Notes: generated from the sequence alone by a model not told the origin. A DNA stretch of 64,000 bases from an uncultured delta proteobacterium (GCA_963815115.1 CAWFFN010000012.1:192001-256000), one strand, 5' to 3'; shown: positions 20,779 through 30,609, numbered from the stretch's first letter. Numbers and translations: made by a program.

Positions 20779-21686
20779 GCCGCGTGTTCCCGCACCACCT
20801 CGGCCAGCATGCGGATGAAGAGCGGGTGGTCGTTCACGGTGCCGGCGCGCGCATAGGCGAGGCCGTGGCGGGCCGCCGTGGCGCGCGCCTCGACGTCGAG
20901 GTCGTAGAGCACCTCGACGTGGTCGCAGACGAAGCCGATCGGTTCCACCACCACCGCTCGCGTTCCCTCGCCCGCGAGCCGCTCGAGCGTGGCGCTGATG
21001 TCGGGCTCCAGCCACGGGTCGCGCGGGCTGCCGCTGCGGCTCTGGTACGCGATCTCCCACGCCGGCGCGTCGAGCCGCTCGGCCACGGCACGCGCGGAGG
21101 CCTCGATCTCCGCGGCGTAGGGCGAATGGTCCGCGGCGGCGACGGGGATGCTGTGCGCCGTGAACACGAGCCGGGCCCCGGCACGCGCCTCCTCGGGCAG
21201 GGCGGCGCGCGCGGCTCGCACCCGCTCCGCGACCGCCTCGACGAAGAGCGGATGGACGTGCCACGAGCGCACGTAGCTCACCGCCGGCGCGCGCGGTCCG
21301 AGCGCGGCGCGCCCCTCCTCGACGCTCTCCAGGTAGCGCTCGCGGCTCGACTCGGTGGCATGCGGTGCCAGGATCACACCCGTCGCCCGGCGTACGCCGT
21401 CGAGCGCCATCTGCGCCAGCGTCGTCGCGAGGTAGGGCTCCCAGTTGCGCATGCCGACGTAGACCGGCCGGGTGCCGAGCACGCGGCGGAGCGCCTCCGC
21501 CTGCCGGAAGGTGAGCTCGTTCAGCGGCGAGCGCCCGCCGATGCGCTCGTAGTGGTGCGCCACCTCTTCCAGGCGATCGGCCGGGATCCTGCGTCCGCGT
21601 GTGACGTTCTCGAGGAAGGGACGGATCTCCTCCGGACGCGTGGGCCCGCCGAAGGCGATCAGCAGGACGGCGTCGGCGGACGCCAT
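20775..21686 (-). CDS. hemH: Ferrochelatase
   Basis: FGGP, YERIGGRSPL, FTAHSIP, YQSRSG...WLEP, GFVCDHVEVLYDLD. Confidence 0.95.
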   Translation of the reverse strand: MASADAVLLIAFGGPTRPEEIRPFLENVTRGRRIPADRLEEVAHHYERIGGRSPLNELTFRQAEALRRVLGTRPVYVGMRNWEPYLATTLAQMALDGVRRATGVILAPHATESSRERYLESVEEGRAALGPRAPAVSYVRSWHVHPLFVEAVAERVRAARAALPEEARAGARLVFTAHSIPVAAADHSPYAAEIEASARAVAERLDAPAWEIAYQSRSGSPRDPWLEPDISATLERLAGEGTRAVVVEPIGFVCDHVEVLYDLDVEARATAARHGLAYARAGTVNDHPLFIRMLAEVVREHAA

Positions 21687-22710
21687 CAGCGCGCCGACAG
21701 CTCGTGGACCGCGTCGACCAGCGCCCGCGCGTGGTCGACGGGCGTCGAGGGCAGGACGCCGTGACCGAGGTTGAACACGTGCCCGGGCCGCCCCGCCGCC
21801 TGGCCGAGAATCGCGGCGGCGCGCCGCCGGATCTCGGGGACGGGCCCGAGCAGCGCGACGGGGTCGAGGTTGCCCTGCACGGCGACGTCGTGCCCGATGC
21901 GTGCCCAGGCCGCGTCGAGATCGACCCGCCAGTCGAGGCCGATCACGTCGCCTCCCGCGGCGCGCAGGCACTCGAGGAGGCCCGCGGTGCCGGTGCCGAA
22001 GTGGATCACCGGCACGCCCGGACGGACCCCGCGGATCAGCGCTGCACGTGGGGCAGCACGTGGGCGCGGTAGTCGGCCGGCGCGAGGCAGCCGACCCAGC
22101 TGTCGAACAGCTGTACCGCCTGCGCCCCGGCGTCGATCTGTGCGTTCAGGTAGCCGGTGACCGCGCGCGCCAGCGCCCCGAGCAGGGCGTCCCAGGCGCC
22201 CGGATCCGAGAACAGGAAGCGCTTCGTCGTCGCCCAGTCGTCCGAGCGGCCGCCCTCGATCAGGTACGATGCGAGCGTGAACGGCGCGCCCGCGAAGCCG
22301 ATCAGGGGGATCTCCGACCGGAGCGCGGCGCGCGCCCGGCGCACCGTCTCGTAGACGAAGGCGAGCGCCTCGGGCTCGAACTCGCGGAGGCGGTCGACGT
22401 CCGCCGCGGTGCGCAGCGGGCGGTGGATCACCGGGCCGTCGCCCGCCGCGAACTCGAGCCCGACGCCCATCGGCTCGAGCACGAGCAGGATGTCGGCGAA
22501 GAGGATCGCCGCGTCGACGCCGAGCTGCTCGACCGCATTGACCGTCACCTCGGCCGCGGCGTCGGGCGTCTTGCACAGCTCGAGGAAGCCGAGCTTCTCG
22601 CGGATGGCGCGATATTCCGGCTGGTAGCGGCCGGCCTGCCGCATCAGCCAGACGGGCGTGTACGCCGTGGCCTCGCGCCGGCACGCGGCGAGGAAGGGCG
22701 GGGCTGCCAC
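21686..22710 (-). pseudogene. hemE: Uroporphyrinogen decarboxylase with a frameshift near 22040 (probably a consensus error)
   Basis: N-terminal [11 protein letters not shown]...FADIL...[12 protein letters not shown]...QLFDSW in one frame; C-terminal PVIHFG...GLDW...QGNLDP...FNLGHG in another frame. Confidence 0.93.
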
Positions 22711-22869
22711 GGAAGCGACAGTTACGTGACGGCACCGTGAGGCGCAATGTCCCTCGTCGGAGTCGAGGGCACGACTCCCGCAGAAATCCGTTGCTATGCG
22801 AACTCGCATGTGGCTACTCGATGGACGGGCTCTGGTACCTCGACCGCGTGCGACGAGAGGGGGGTCGAC

Positions 22870-24270
22870 ATGCGAACGCCACGATGGACCACGGGACCGG
22901 TGAGATGGGCCGCCGGCGCACTTGCGGCTGCGCTGGCGTGCGGGATGGTGGCTCCACCGGCCGCGCCGGCAGCGTCGAGCCGGGACTATCCCGGGCCGTG
23001 CATCGGTGAGACGAATGCTGCCGGTGTGCCCCTCTACCTCGCGTCCGACTACCACGGCGTGAACCCGACCTTCGGCGTCGTCGTCCTGAACGCCACCGGA
23101 CGCTTCAAGCTCGGCATCTCGTGCGTGGCGACCGGCTTCGTCGTGGTCCGGGTCGGCCCGGACTCGGCCCTGTGCACGGTGCGCGGGCTCTGCACCCCCG
23201 ACCAGCTCATGGGGCTCACGCAGGCGGACATCGAAGCGGTGCAGGGCATCCCCGACCAGGTGCCGTTCTTTCACATCTGCGAGAAGCACGGCTTCGGATG
23301 GTACGACGCGGTCGACGTACCGGCCGGCATCTACGTGGCGATCGCCGACTCGCAGAGCGGGTTCTTCGGTCTCGTCGACGGGCACGGAACCATGGACACC
23401 TATGCCTTCGTGGGCAACGGCGGCGCGTTCCAGCCGGTGAACTGCGCCCGGCCCCCCGTGTGCGGGAACTTCGTGGTCGAGCCGGGCGAGACCTGCGATG
23501 ACGGCAACACCAGCGACGGCGATTGCTGCTCGGCGACGTGTGCCGTCGACGCTGCGGGGACCCCCTGTGCGGGCGTCGGCGATCTCTGCACCCCGGGGGT
23601 CTGCGACGGCGCCGGATTCTGCCTCCACGAGAACGCCTGCCTCGACCGGCCAATCGACGGCGTGAAGCTGCGTCTGCAGAAGAAGAGCGGCCGGGAGAAG
23701 CTCCTGTGGGTCGCGCGCGACCGCTCGGCGAGCGCCCAGGCAGGGCTCGATCCCATGGTGAACGGGGCGACGCTCGAGCTCTACTCGCCCCTCGCTCCCG
23801 CCGTGTCGATGCCCCTGCCGGCGTCGGGCTGGACCGGAAGCGGCGCCAGGGGCGCCTTCAAGTTCAAGAACCGGGCGGCGCCCGATGGCGTCTCCCCGGT
23901 CCGCGTCGCAGTGCTCAAGCGCGGAAGAAGCGTCAAGGTGGTCGGTGCCGCCACCGGGTTCGCGCTCGCCACGCCCCTTGCCGGGGTGGGCATCCGCCTC
24001 GTCTCGGGCAACCAGGCCACGTGTTCGTTCTTTCACGCCGGTACCGTGGTGACGGACGAGCCCGGGCGGTTCGAAGCCCGCGGGCCGGGCGCCATCTCCA
24101 CCACCTGCGATCAGGTGACGCTGTCGTCCGGGGTGCCGGGTGGCGGCGTGCTGAACCCGGGGCTTCCGCCCCCTCCCTACGACCCGGGCGATCCCTCGGG
24201 CGGCTTCTGCGGGGGCGATCGGATCTGTCCGGAGCTTCCGGCACCGGCCTTGGTGCAGCGGCAGCCCTGA
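22870..24270 (+). CDS. Secreted Cys-rich protein with a Myxococcus-type cysteine-rich repeat (DUF4215-like)
   Basis: Signal-peptide-like N-terminus; CGNFVVEPGETCDDGNTSDGDCCSATC; GAGAGG RBS-like sequence upstream. Confidence 0.75.
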   Translation: MRTPRWTTGPVRWAAGALAAALACGMVAPPAAPAASSRDYPGPCIGETNAAGVPLYLASDYHGVNPTFGVVVLNATGRFKLGISCVATGFVVVRVGPDSALCTVRGLCTPDQLMGLTQADIEAVQGIPDQVPFFHICEKHGFGWYDAVDVPAGIYVAIADSQSGFFGLVDGHGTMDTYAFVGNGGAFQPVNCARPPVCGNFVVEPGETCDDGNTSDGDCCSATCAVDAAGTPCAGVGDLCTPGVCDGAGFCLHENACLDRPIDGVKLRLQKKSGREKLLWVARDRSASAQAGLDPMVNGATLELYSPLAPAVSMPLPASGWTGSGARGAFKFKNRAAPDGVSPVRVAVLKRGRSVKVVGAATGFALATPLAGVGIRLVSGNQATCSFFHAGTVVTDEPGRFEARGPGAISTTCDQVTLSSGVPGGGVLNPGLPPPPYDPGDPSGGFCGGDRICPELPAPALVQRQP

Positions 24271-24278
24271 GGCCGTTT

Positions 24279-25097
24279 TCAGGAACGCCGGAGCAGGGCG
24301 GGCGCGCGCTCGGCGACGAGCGCCACCAGCGGCCCCATCTTGGGCGGCGTGGGCTCGAGCTGCGGGTGCACGCCGTGAGCCTCCAGCGCCTCGGTGCACA
24401 CCGGCCCGATCGAGACGACGACCGCCCGCGCGAGCGCGGCGCGCAGCGTGTCGGCGTCACCGGCCACGCGGAACAGGTGCTCGACCTGCACCGCGCTGGT
24501 GAACACGGCGACGTCGAGCTCGCCGTGCGCCAGCGCTTCCGCCGCACGCGCGAGCGGTCCGGTATCCGCGGGCAGCGCCCACCGGTACACCGGTACGCGC
24601 AGCACGCGCAGGCCGCGCGCTTCGAGCCCTTCCAGGAGCGCCGTCGGCGGCTGGCCGTACTCCTGCACCGCGATCAGCGTGCCCGCTCCCGGCCGCAGCT
24701 CGTCCAGCACGGCGAGCACCTCGCGCCAGGTGTGGGGCGCGGGCACGGGACGCGCGCCGGTCACGCCCAGCTCGCGCAGCGCCGCCAGGGGCTTCGGCCC
24801 GCGCGCGACGATCGGCACCCGGGCGAGCAGCTCGAGCAGCCGCGGCGCCGAGCTTCCGAGCAGGGCGGCGAGGGCGCGCGTGCCGACCCCCGTCAGCAGG
24901 ACGACGGCGCTCACCTCGCCCGCCTCCAGACGCTGGAGCAGCTCGAGCGCGGGCGGGCTCTCCGGCAACGGGGTCTCGCGCAACGCCGGCGCGCTGGTCA
25001 CGGACGCACCGTGGCGGGCGAACATCGCGGCCAGCTCCTCGGCGCGCCGCGCCTCGAAGGCCACCAGGCGGATGCCCGCGAGCGCCCCCGACGGCAT
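24279..25097 (-). CDS. hemD: Uroporphyrinogen-III synthase
   Basis: EARRAEEL, LTGVG, ARGPKP, QEYG, VYRW, FTSAVQV, SIGPVC. Confidence 0.9.
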   Translation of the reverse strand: MPSGALAGIRLVAFEARRAEELAAMFARHGASVTSAPALRETPLPESPPALELLQRLEAGEVSAVVLLTGVGTRALAALLGSSAPRLLELLARVPIVARGPKPLAALRELGVTGARPVPAPHTWREVLAVLDELRPGAGTLIAVQEYGQPPTALLEGLEARGLRVLRVPVYRWALPADTGPLARAAEALAHGELDVAVFTSAVQVEHLFRVAGDADTLRAALARAVVVSIGPVCTEALEAHGVHPQLEPTPPKMGPLVALVAERAPALLRRS

Positions 25098-25183
25098 GTC
25101 CGGCACACTGGGTGGCCGTCCCCATCCTGTCAAGGCGCGATCGCGTGGTGGCGGGGTCGGCACGGGGGCGCTAGACTTCGTCC

Positions 25184-25378
25184 GTGCGCAGTGCGAGCTG
25201 CCCCACCTGCCGTCGGAAGACCGCGTGGGCGGGCAATCCCCACCGGCCCTTCTGCTCCGAGCGCTGCCGCGTGGTCGACCTCGCGGCGTGGGCCGACGGG
25301 CGCTACCGCATCGCGGGCGAGCCGGTATCGGAGGAGGCGGAGGAGCCCGACGACGAGCCGCCGCGGGGGCGCTCGTAG
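25184..25378 (+). CDS. yacG: DNA gyrase inhibitor YacG
   Basis: CPTC...RPFCSERC...DLAAWADGRYRI with an acidic tail. Confidence 0.93.
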   Translation: MRSASCPTCRRKTAWAGNPHRPFCSERCRVVDLAAWADGRYRIAGEPVSEEAEEPDDEPPRGRS

Positions 25379-26200
25379 GTGCCGATACACGCCACGGCCG
25401 TCATCGACCCGCGCGCCGAGATCGACCCCACGGCGGACATCGGTCCCCACGTCGTGGTCGACGGTCCGGTGCGGGTCGGCGCGCGCACGCGCGTCATGGC
25501 CCACGCGTTCCTCACCGGCGACACCGCGCTCGGAGCCGACAACGTGATCCATCCGGGCGCCGTCCTGGGGCACGAGCCGCAGGACCTGGCGTACAGGAAC
25601 GCGCCGACCGGGCTCCGCATCGGCGACCGCAACGTGGTGCGCGAGCACGCCGAGATCCATCGGGCCACGCAGGAAGGCACGCTGACCGTCGTGGGCTGCG
25701 ACAACTACCTCATGTCGCACGCCCACATCGCCCACAACTGCCGGGTGGGCGACCGCACGATCATCTGCAGCGGAGCCCTGGTGGCGGGGCACGTCGAGGT
25801 GCACGACCAGGCCTTCGTGTCCGGCAACTGCGTGGTCCACCAGCACGTCCGCATCGGCCGGCTCGCCATCCTGCGCGGGCTCTCACGCACCAGCCGCGAC
25901 GTCCCGCCCTTCAGCATCATGGACGGCACGCACACGGTGCGGGGTCTGAACCGGGTCGGGCTGCGGCGCAGCGGGTTCGATCCCGAGCGCATCCGGGCCC
26001 TGCTGAGGGCGTTTCGCATCCTGTTCCGCACCCGCCTGAACCTGCGAGAGGCCGTCGAGCGCGTCGAGACCGAGGTGCGGTCGCCCGACGTCGACGAGCT
26101 GCTCGCGTTCATCAAGGCGGCGAGGAGAGGGGTCGCCATGGGACCGCGCCACGACGGCCAGGCTGACGACCAGGAGGGCGAGCCCATCGTCGAGGAATGA
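25379..26200 (+). CDS. lpxA: Acyl-ACP:UDP-N-acetylglucosamine O-acyltransferase
   Basis: IHATAVID, PQDL, IHRAT, HIAHNC, AGHV, VHQ, DVPPF, GLNRVGLRR; hexapeptide repeats. Confidence 0.9.
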   Translation: MPIHATAVIDPRAEIDPTADIGPHVVVDGPVRVGARTRVMAHAFLTGDTALGADNVIHPGAVLGHEPQDLAYRNAPTGLRIGDRNVVREHAEIHRATQEGTLTVVGCDNYLMSHAHIAHNCRVGDRTIICSGALVAGHVEVHDQAFVSGNCVVHQHVRIGRLAILRGLSRTSRDVPPFSIMDGTHTVRGLNRVGLRRSGFDPERIRALLRAFRILFRTRLNLREAVERVETEVRSPDVDELLAFIKAARRGVAMGPRHDGQADDQEGEPIVEE

Positions 26201-26335
26201 AGCGGCGCGGCAACGCCGATACGAATCCGACCGCCGTCGTCAAGCGTAGCGTGAATGGCCAGCGCTCGTACGACTGTCGGCCACCTTGCAAGGCACGGGG
26301 ACCCCGACTAGGGTTCCAACCGAGCCCAGCCCGCG

Positions 26336-26752
26336 ATGCTCAACCAGCGCCGCTTCATCATAGGTGCCGCGGTCATCGCCGCGGCGGTCGCGTATCTCGT
26401 GTACGCGGGCATCCGGAGCACCTCGACCTACTACTTCGAGATGGACGAGTTTGCCGCGCACAAGGCGGCGCACGACGGCGAGGACCTGCGCGTGAAGGGC
26501 TGGGTGCGCGCCGGCACGATGCGATGGGATCCGCACACCAACGCGCTGGCCTTCGATCTCTCCCGCCAGGACGGGAGCGAGCCGGTCGCGGTGGCGTATC
26601 GCGGCATCCTGCCCGACATGTTCGCCGAGGGTCGCGAGGTGGTCGTCGAGGGGCACTACGGACAGGGGACGTTGACGGCGAAGCAGATCATGACGAGCTG
26701 CCCGTCCAAGTACGAGCCGAAGCCGGGCGGCGAGCCGGGCGCCGGGGTCTGA
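26336..26752 (+). CDS. ccmE: Cytochrome c maturation heme chaperone CcmE (Cys-type, CPSKY)
   Basis: N-terminal TM, YRGILPDMFAEGREVVVEG, CPSKY. Confidence 0.93.
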   Translation: MLNQRRFIIGAAVIAAAVAYLVYAGIRSTSTYYFEMDEFAAHKAAHDGEDLRVKGWVRAGTMRWDPHTNALAFDLSRQDGSEPVAVAYRGILPDMFAEGREVVVEGHYGQGTLTAKQIMTSCPSKYEPKPGGEPGAGV

Positions 26753-26758
26753 CGGAGG

Positions 26759-28747
26759 ATGCCCGAGCTCGGCCGCCTCGCCGTCTGCCTCGCGCTGCTG
26801 TGCGCACTGGTCTCGATCGCGGTCTCCGTGCGCGGCGCGCTCACCCGGCGACGCGACCTCGTGCGCGCCGGCGAGCAGGCCGCCTACGCCGTCTTCGGGC
26901 TGGTCGTGCTGGCCGTGGTGATCCTGCTGCGGGCGCTGCTCACGCACGACTTCTCGCTCGAGTACGTGGCGGCGTACTCGTCGAGCACGCTGCCGACCAA
27001 CTACGTGTTCGCAGCGCTGTGGGGAGGCCAGAAGGGGTCGCTGCTCTTCTGGACCTTCATGCTGTCGCTCTTCACCACCATCGTGCAGCTGCAGAACCGC
27101 GAGCGAAACCGCGAGCTGATGCCCTGGGTCACCGCCACCATGATGACCGTGGCGGTGTTCTTTCTCGGGCTCGTCACGTTCATCACCGATCCCTTCGAGC
27201 GCCTGCCCACGCCTGCGTTCGAGGGCGCAGACCTGAACCCCCTGCTCCAGAACTACTGGATGATGATTCACCCGCCGTCGCTCTACACGGGCTACGTGAG
27301 CGCGTCGGTGCCCTTCGCCTTCGCGATCGCGGCGCTCGCCACGGGGCGCCTCGGCGACCAGTGGATCCGCAGCACGCGCCGCTGGGCGCTCTTCTCGTGG
27401 TTCTTTTTGAGCCTGGGCAACCTGTTCGGCGCCATGTGGGCCTACGAGGTGCTCGGCTGGGGCGGATACTGGGCCTGGGATCCGGTCGAGAACGCCGCCT
27501 TCATGCCGTGGCTGGTGTCGACCGCCTATCTCCACTCGGTGATGATCCAGGAGAAGAAGGACATGCTCCGGGTGTGGAACATGATCCTCGTGCTCCTCAC
27601 GTTCTCGCTCACCATCTTCGGGACCTTCCTCACCCGCAGCGGCGTCATCTCGTCCGTGCACTCCTTCACGCAGTCGGGCCTGGGACCGTTCTTCATCGGC
27701 TTCCTGCTGCTGGTCCTGCTGACGGCCGGCGGTCTCGTGGCCTACCGCCTGCCGGAGCTGCGCACGGCGGGCACCATCGAGTCGTTCTTCTCGCGAGAAG
27801 CGGCCTTCCTGTTCAACAACCTGCTCCTCGTCGGCATCGCCTTCTCGGTCTTCTGGGGGACGGTCTTTCCCGTGCTCTCGGAGTGGGTGCGGGGCGTGAA
27901 GATCACCGTGGGGCCGCCGTTCTTCAACCGCGTGAACGCGCCGCTCGGCCTCGCCCTCCTCGTCTTGATGGGCATCGGCCCGGTGATCGCCTGGCGGCGT
28001 GCCACGCCGCGCAACCTCTGGCGCGCCTTTGCCTTTCCGGTGGGCTCGGCGCTGGTCGCCGGCGCCGTGCTGCTCGTCGGCGGCATCCCGTTCGGCGGCG
28101 CGTGGCTCGCGTTCACCGCCGGCGTCTTCGCCCTCGGCACCATCGTGCAGGAGTTCTGGCGCGGTGTGCGCGCCCGGCAGGCGATGCTGCACGAGAGCGC
28201 GCCCCGCGCCCTCGGCCGCCTGGTGGGAAAGAACCGCCGGCGCTACGGGGGCTACGTCATCCACGTCGGCATCGTGAGCATCTTCGTCGGCATCGCGGCC
28301 TCGAGCGTGTTCCGGGTCGAGGCGCAGCAGACGATGAAGGCGGGCGACGAGATGCAGGTCGGCCGCTACACGCTGCGCTACGACCGCATCGACACGCAGG
28401 AGAACGGACACGTCGTGCGCACCGCGGCGGTCCTGCCGGTCTTCGTCGGCGGCCGGCAGATCGACACGCTCATGCCGGAGAAGCGCTTCTACAAGAAGCC
28501 GAAGCAGCCCACCACGGAGGTCGCGAACCGTTCCACGCTACGCGAGGACCTCTACGTGGTGCTCGGCTCCTACGACCCCCAGACGCAGCTCGTCACCATC
28601 CAGGCCTACGTCAACCCGCTGGTGGTGTGGATCTGGCTCGGCGGCCTCATCCTGGCGCTCGGCACCGCCGTGGCGGTGTGGCCGACCGCGGCCGAGCGCG
28701 AGGTGCGGGTGGTCGCGCCCGGCGGGGCACGGGTCGCCGCCGAGTGA
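26759..28747 (+). CDS. ccmF: Cytochrome c heme lyase CcmF
   Basis: LNPLLQ, IHPP, WAYEVLGWGGYWAWDPVENA, SVHSF. Confidence 0.97.
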   Translation: MPELGRLAVCLALLCALVSIAVSVRGALTRRRDLVRAGEQAAYAVFGLVVLAVVILLRALLTHDFSLEYVAAYSSSTLPTNYVFAALWGGQKGSLLFWTFMLSLFTTIVQLQNRERNRELMPWVTATMMTVAVFFLGLVTFITDPFERLPTPAFEGADLNPLLQNYWMMIHPPSLYTGYVSASVPFAFAIAALATGRLGDQWIRSTRRWALFSWFFLSLGNLFGAMWAYEVLGWGGYWAWDPVENAAFMPWLVSTAYLHSVMIQEKKDMLRVWNMILVLLTFSLTIFGTFLTRSGVISSVHSFTQSGLGPFFIGFLLLVLLTAGGLVAYRLPELRTAGTIESFFSREAAFLFNNLLLVGIAFSVFWGTVFPVLSEWVRGVKITVGPPFFNRVNAPLGLALLVLMGIGPVIAWRRATPRNLWRAFAFPVGSALVAGAVLLVGGIPFGGAWLAFTAGVFALGTIVQEFWRGVRARQAMLHESAPRALGRLVGKNRRRYGGYVIHVGIVSIFVGIAASSVFRVEAQQTMKAGDEMQVGRYTLRYDRIDTQENGHVVRTAAVLPVFVGGRQIDTLMPEKRFYKKPKQPTTEVANRSTLREDLYVVLGSYDPQTQLVTIQAYVNPLVVWIWLGGLILALGTAVAVWPTAAEREVRVVAPGGARVAAE

Positions 28748-29220
28748 GGGTCCCGCGGGCAGCGGCGCCGCTGCTGCTGGCGCTGCTGGTGGCCGCGGCG
28801 CCGGCCGCCGCCGCACCGTCGCAGCAGGAGGTCGAGGAAGCGCTCACCTGCCAGTGCGGGTGCGGGCTCACCGTCCACGCCTGCAATCACCTCAACTGCG
28901 GCTCCGGCGAGCCCATGAAGAAGGAGATCGCCGAGCGTCTCGGCCGCGGCGAGGGCAAGGATCAGATCCTCGCGGCCTTCACCGCGCGCTACGGCGAGAA
29001 GGTCCTGTCCGCTCCGACGTTCCGCGGCTTCAACTGGCTCGCCTGGCTGACGCCGTTCGCGGCGGTGCTGGCGGCGGGCGCCGGGCTGGTCGTCGCCATC
29101 CGGCGCCGCCTGCAGGCGACGGCCGCGCTGGAGGCGCCGCCCCCCGCCGCGCCGACCGGCGAGACGACGGCGCTCCGGGCCCGTCTCGAGCGCGAGCTCG
29201 AACAGCTCGACCGGGAGTAG
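28744..29220 (+). CDS. ccmH: Cytochrome c biogenesis protein CcmH-like
   Basis: GTG overlaps the ccmF stop; LTCQCGC...C...C, YGEKVLSAP, WLTPF. Confidence 0.85.
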   Translation: MRVPRAAAPLLLALLVAAAPAAAAPSQQEVEEALTCQCGCGLTVHACNHLNCGSGEPMKKEIAERLGRGEGKDQILAAFTARYGEKVLSAPTFRGFNWLAWLTPFAAVLAAGAGLVVAIRRRLQATAALEAPPPAAPTGETTALRARLERELEQLDRE

Positions 29221-29229
29221 CGGCGGGCG

Positions 29230-29526
29230 ATGGCCCCGGTCACCATCGCAATCTACGTCCTGGGCGCGGTGCTCGTCCTCCTGGTGTCGTTCTTCGTAGC
29301 GTCACCGCTCTTCCGCCCGCAGGAACCGCTCGGGGCGGATGCGGATCCGGGGACACGCGAGCGCTGGGAGCGGCAAAAGCGGCAGGCGCTGGCGGCGATC
29401 AAGGAGATCGAGCTCGACCACGAGATGGGCAAGGTATCCGACGAGGACCTGGCGACGATGCGCGGCCGCTTCGAGGCCCAGGCGCTCGAGGCCATGGCGG
29501 CCCTGGAGCGGGAGGGAAGCAGGTGA
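29230..29526 (+). CDS. CcmI N-terminal-like small membrane protein
   Basis: TM helix then IKEIELDHEMGKVSDED; position after ccmH. Confidence 0.7.
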   Translation: MAPVTIAIYVLGAVLVLLVSFFVASPLFRPQEPLGADADPGTRERWERQKRQALAAIKEIELDHEMGKVSDEDLATMRGRFEAQALEAMAALEREGSR

Positions 29527-29843
29527 TCACGATCGAGCAGTTTCGCGAGCTGGAGCTCAAGGTGGCGACGGTGAAGTCCGCCGAGCCGCACCCCAATGCC
29601 GACCGCCTGGTGGTGCTGCGAGTCGACCTCGGCGGCGAGGAGCGCCAGCTCGTCGCCGGCATCCGTGCTCACTACGCGCCCGAGGCGCTGGTCGGCCGCC
29701 AGATCGTGGTGGTGGCGAACCTGGCGCCGGCGACCCTGCGCGGAGTCGAGAGCCAGGGCATGCTGCTGGCGGCGTCCAGCGGCGATCGGGTGGTGCTGCT
29801 ACGACCCGACGAGCCCGTCACGCCCGGGTCGGTCGTGCGCTAG
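29523..29843 (+). CDS. Stand-alone tRNA-binding OB-fold protein (MetRS C-terminal/Trbp111/CsaA family)
   Basis: ITIEQF...HPNADRL...DLG...QLVAGI...VANLAP...GVESQGMLLAA. Confidence 0.9.
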   Translation: MITIEQFRELELKVATVKSAEPHPNADRLVVLRVDLGGEERQLVAGIRAHYAPEALVGRQIVVVANLAPATLRGVESQGMLLAASSGDRVVLLRPDEPVTPGSVVR

Positions 29844-29895
29844 TGCCGGCCGTCGGAGCCAGCGGGGCGAACGGGTCGATCGAGGTCGTGCGGGC

Positions 29896-30609
29896 TTGAG
29901 CGCGCCCGCGATCCTCGCTCGGGGCCTGAAGCGCGACTTCGGGGGCGTCGCCGTGCTCGCCGGCGTCGATCTCACGGTCGAGGCCGGCGAGCTCCTCGTG
30001 CTTCTCGGTCCCAACGGTGCGGGCAAGACGACGCTGCTGCGCGTGCTGGCGACCTTGCTGCGTCCGAGCGGGGGGACCTTGCGCCTCTTCGGTGAGGACG
30101 CCAGCCTGCGCCCGCCGGCCGCGCGCCGCCGCCTCGGCCACGTCGGGCACGAGAGCGCCTGCTATCCCGATCTGACCGGGCGCGAGAACCTCGAGTTCTA
30201 CGCCGAGCTGTACGACGTCCCGGATGCGGCGGATCGCATCGCGGAGCTGCTGCGCTGGACGGGGCTCGAGGCGGCAGCGCGGCGGCCGGTGCGCGTCTAC
30301 TCGCGGGGCATGGTGCAGCGACTCGCGCTGGCGCGGGCGCTGCTGCACGGTCCCGAGCTCCTGCTCCTGGACGAGCCCTTCAGCGGCCTCGACCCCGCGG
30401 CGGTATTGCGGCTCCAGACGCTGCTCGCGGAGCTGTGCCGGGCGGGGCACGCCATCGTGCTGAGCACGCACGACGTGGAGCGCGTCGCGGCGGTCGCGAC
30501 CCGCGTCGCGATCCTGCATCGCGGGCGCATCGCCTGGACCCGCCAGGGTGCCGCCGACGCGGTCGTCCTCGCGGCGTCCTACGAGGCAGTCGTGATGGGA
30601 CGAGCGTGA
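29896..30609 (+). CDS. ccmA: Heme ABC exporter ATP-binding subunit CcmA
   Basis: GPNGAGKTT, YSRGM, LLLDEPFSGLD; operon context. TTG start uncertain. Confidence 0.9.
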   Translation: MSAPAILARGLKRDFGGVAVLAGVDLTVEAGELLVLLGPNGAGKTTLLRVLATLLRPSGGTLRLFGEDASLRPPAARRRLGHVGHESACYPDLTGRENLEFYAELYDVPDAADRIAELLRWTGLEAAARRPVRVYSRGMVQRLALARALLHGPELLLLDEPFSGLDPAAVLRLQTLLAELCRAGHAIVLSTHDVERVAAVATRVAILHRGRIAWTRQGAADAVVLAASYEAVVMGRA

